A stretch of 64,000 nt of DNA from Candidatus Hydrothermarchaeota archaeon (lineage in GTDB: Archaea > CAYFZR01). The notes beneath the pieces were generated by a model. The model was given only the letters and a program-made list of their open reading frames with translations, had not been told where the DNA came from and ran no database searches. Position 1 is the stretch's first letter, and every line of letters starts with the position of its first letter. Shown in pieces: positions 61,674 to 64,000 of the stretch. The position numbers and the translations under genes were made by a program. The stretch lies in the NCBI GenBank assembly GCA_046760505.1, contig JBHIEG010000009.1, forward strand, positions 8,021-72,020, given 5' to 3'.

Positions 61674-62535
61674 CTCTTTCCCTCAGAAAGCTAAGTACTT
61701 CACTCAGAGTCGGTGAGTTTCTTGCACCGATTTTTGTTGTTTTGAGTGCTGCACATGCATTTGCAAGTTTCAGGGCTTTTTTCACGTCATAGTTTAGTAT
61801 TCCATATATAAAGCCAGCGGCAAATGAATCTCCTGCCCCTGTTGTATCAACAACCTCTACTTCGTACCCCTTACAACGTATGGTTTCCTTTCCGATCAAA
61901 AGACTTCCCTGTTTACCCAAGGTAATGATGAACTCGGATCTGTATCTCTTAGCTTCTTCCAAATTTTCTCCAAATAATTTTAAAGCCTCTCCTTTGTTCA
62001 GAAAAACATATTTGCAGTAGTTGAATATGTCTTCTATGTAATCTAGCCCAAAATCAACCATTATACTTCCCGGCGAATAGCTTAACTTTCCACAATATTT
62101 ACAAACCTTCATGATGATATCTCTCTCAACGCTTGCTACGTGAATCCAGTCAAAAAGGGACAAAAAATCCTTGTTCAAGTCGTCCGGATTCAGATTTTTA
62201 TTTGCCCCCCGATATGCAAACATTCTGTTTTCTCCAGTTTTGTCGACTAATACTACTACGAGACCGGATTTTCCCTCCACATTTTTTAGATAGGATGTAT
62301 CGACCTTGTTTCTATCCAATTCTTTTTTAAGAAGATCTCCATATACGTCATTTCCAACTGCTCCGAAAAAACTAACATTCATTCCTAATTTACTTAAAGC
62401 AACCGCGAAATTTGCGGCAGAACCTCCATGCATTTCGTAAAGATCTTTTATAAGTACTTCGCTGTCTAACTCGGGAAAGTCTTCTATTTGAACAACGATA
62501 TCTATATTTAGAGAGCCTATTGAAAGGACCCGCAT
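61645..62535 (-). CDS. PfkB-family carbohydrate/nucleoside kinase
   Basis: GGSAANFA, DTTGAGDSF. Confidence 0.92.
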   Translation of the reverse strand: MRVLSIGSLNIDIVVQIEDFPELDSEVLIKDLYEMHGGSAANFAVALSKLGMNVSFFGAVGNDVYGDLLKKELDRNKVDTSYLKNVEGKSGLVVVLVDKTGENRMFAYRGANKNLNPDDLNKDFLSLFDWIHVASVERDIIMKVCKYCGKLSYSPGSIMVDFGLDYIEDIFNYCKYVFLNKGEALKLFGENLEEAKRYRSEFIITLGKQGSLLIGKETIRCKGYEVEVVDTTGAGDSFAAGFIYGILNYDVKKALKLANACAALKTTKIGARNSPTLSEVLSFLRERDEDCSDFLG

Positions 62536-62694
62536 GGAAAAAATAAGGGAGGATAACTTAAAGTTTTTACCTTCACAGATACTACTTCAATAAAGGTGTA
62601 TCTTTCAAGACAAAATTCTTTTATATTAGTTAACAAGATTAGTGAAAAAGTCGAATGTAAGGATGGCGCCATCAGCGCCGAAGGAGGATAGAAA

Positions 62695-63060
62695 ATGGCG
62701 CGAGTCATTAGGACCACAAACCCTCTGTTAAAGGACACAATAATAAAACTTGAAAAGATTTCTAAGGAAAATAGTGTAAATATCTGGAGAGATCTGGCAG
62801 AGAGACTGAAAAAACCCAGGAGAATGAGGGCTGAAGTAAATTTAAGCAAGATAAACCGATACAGCAAGCCAAACGATACTGTAGCGGTTCCCGGGAAAGT
62901 TCTTGGGAGCGGTTCAATTTCGCATCCGGTTAGTGTTGGAGCATTTGGTTTTTCAAAGAGTGCCATCGAGAAGATTAAAGATTCCGGAGGAGAATGCCTC
63001 TCTTTGGTGGAACTCGCGAAAAAAAATCCTAAGGGTACCGGTGTAATAATTATGGAGTGA
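62695..63060 (+). CDS. rpl18e: Ribosomal protein eL18
   Basis: TNP, VNLSKINR, VPGKVLGSG. Confidence 0.96.
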   Translation: MARVIRTTNPLLKDTIIKLEKISKENSVNIWRDLAERLKKPRRMRAEVNLSKINRYSKPNDTVAVPGKVLGSGSISHPVSVGAFGFSKSAIEKIKDSGGECLSLVELAKKNPKGTGVIIME

Positions 63061-63064
63061 TACT

Positions 63065-63490
63065 ATGATAATAGACGGCGAAAGACATGTTCTTGGAAGG
63101 CTTGCAAGCTTCGTTGCCAAGAGACTTCTGGAAGGAGAAAAGATACAGGTGATAAACGCTGAAAAGATAGTTATTACTGGAAAGAAGGAAACAATCTTAA
63201 GAGAGTACAAAGAGTTAATGAATAAAAAGAATATAGATAGTTACAAAAAAGGACCACACAGGCCGAAAAAACCAGATGGATTGTTTAGAAGAACGGTAAG
63301 GGGAATGCTGCCTTACAAGAAAGAAAGAGGGAGAAAAGCATTGAAAGGATTAAAAGTATATGTAGGTACCCCAAGAGAATTTGAAGGAAAAGAAGTAAGG
63401 AGAGTAGATGAGGCTGACGCAATAAAGCTGGGAAGAACAAAGTTAATAACCCTTGGAGAGTTATGCAAACTCCTCGGATCAGATAGGTGA
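63065..63490 (+). CDS. rpl13: Ribosomal protein uL13
   Basis: [14 protein letters not shown]. Confidence 0.96.
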   Translation: MIIDGERHVLGRLASFVAKRLLEGEKIQVINAEKIVITGKKETILREYKELMNKKNIDSYKKGPHRPKKPDGLFRRTVRGMLPYKKERGRKALKGLKVYVGTPREFEGKEVRRVDEADAIKLGRTKLITLGELCKLLGSDR

Positions 63491-63497
63491 TAATATC

Positions 63498-63902
63498 ATG
63501 AGTAAAAATATTGTAATTTCAGTTGGAAAGAGAAAGACATCAATTGCAAGGGCGGTTATAAGAAAAGGTAATGGAAGAATAAGGATAAATAAGATACCCG
63601 TCCAATTAATAGAGCCTGAATTAGCTAGATTAAATGTAATGGAACCTGTATTACTGGCTAAAGACGTAGTAAATAACGTAGACATAGACGTGAACGTAAG
63701 GGGTGGAGGGGTTATGTCGAGAGCAGAGGCTTGCAAAGTTGCCATTGCTAGAGGATTAGTGGATTGGACAAACGATATTTCACTAAAGAACACTTTCTTG
63801 GAGTACGATAGAAATCTACTAATATGGGATAAAAGGAGGACAGAACCAAAGAAATATGGGGGGAGAAAGGCTAGGGCAAGGAGACAAAAATCATATAGGT
63901 GA
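63498..63902 (+). CDS. rps9: Ribosomal protein uS9
   Basis: [20 protein letters not shown]. Confidence 0.97.
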   Translation: MSKNIVISVGKRKTSIARAVIRKGNGRIRINKIPVQLIEPELARLNVMEPVLLAKDVVNNVDIDVNVRGGGVMSRAEACKVAIARGLVDWTNDISLKNTFLEYDRNLLIWDKRRTEPKKYGGRKARARRQKSYR

Positions 63903-63906
63903 TCAA

Positions 63907-63984
63907 GGGGCCGTGGGGTAGTTTGGTCCATCCTCTCGGACTGGGGGTCCGGTGACTCGAGTTCAAATCTCGGCGGCCCCACCA
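63907..63984 (+). tRNA. tRNA-Pro(GGG), CCA encoded
   Basis: Acceptor GGGGCCG/CGGCCCC-A-CCA, anticodon loop CT-GGG-GG, T-loop TTCAAAT. Confidence 0.95.
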
Positions 63985-64000
63985 CGACCTTCTAAAAGGT

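Noticed and set aside
1-64000. Numerous antisense ORFs in the track; Sec/Pyl recoding; transposases
   Set aside because: Antisense ORFs shadow well-supported genes; no in-frame TGA/TAG at catalytic positions and no IS features were seen

Overview
A 64 kb, AT-rich chromosomal segment from an archaeon (Euryarchaeota in the broad sense; the exact lineage cannot be assigned from sequence alone). It is probably a thermophilic anaerobe, since it carries di-myo-inositol-phosphate genes and BpsA. Contents in order: an ArsR-merTP-merA mercury operon; ino1 plus IPCT/DIPPS; a replication origin with four ORB boxes followed by orc1/cdc6 and PolD DP1; housekeeping genes; a pterin/C1 cluster (DHPS-like, MtrA-like, degenerate Fwd subunits, methanogenesis markers 2 and 4); Clp1 and BpsA; an ABC exporter; an oxidative-stress cluster (FprA, rubrerythrin, rubredoxin, SOR, ferritin-like); a large TusA/DsrEFH/IscSU sulfur-relay island; and the core ftsZ-secE-spt5-L11-L1-P0-P1-alaS-leuS and L18e-L13-S9-tRNA-Pro blocks. 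Six small genes missing from the ORF track were read by hand: eL41, rubredoxin, a ferredoxin, a TRASH protein, SecE and a 35-aa membrane peptide. The most notable unexplained items are (1) a free-standing ~168-nt highly structured ncRNA candidate at 25166-25333, (2) a divergent RtcB-like / M14 peptidase / circularly permuted ATP-grasp locus, and (3) a glutaredoxin-FTR-membrane domain fusion inside the sulfur-relay island. No CRISPR, rRNA or transposase was seen. All calls come from manual motif recognition, with no database searches.
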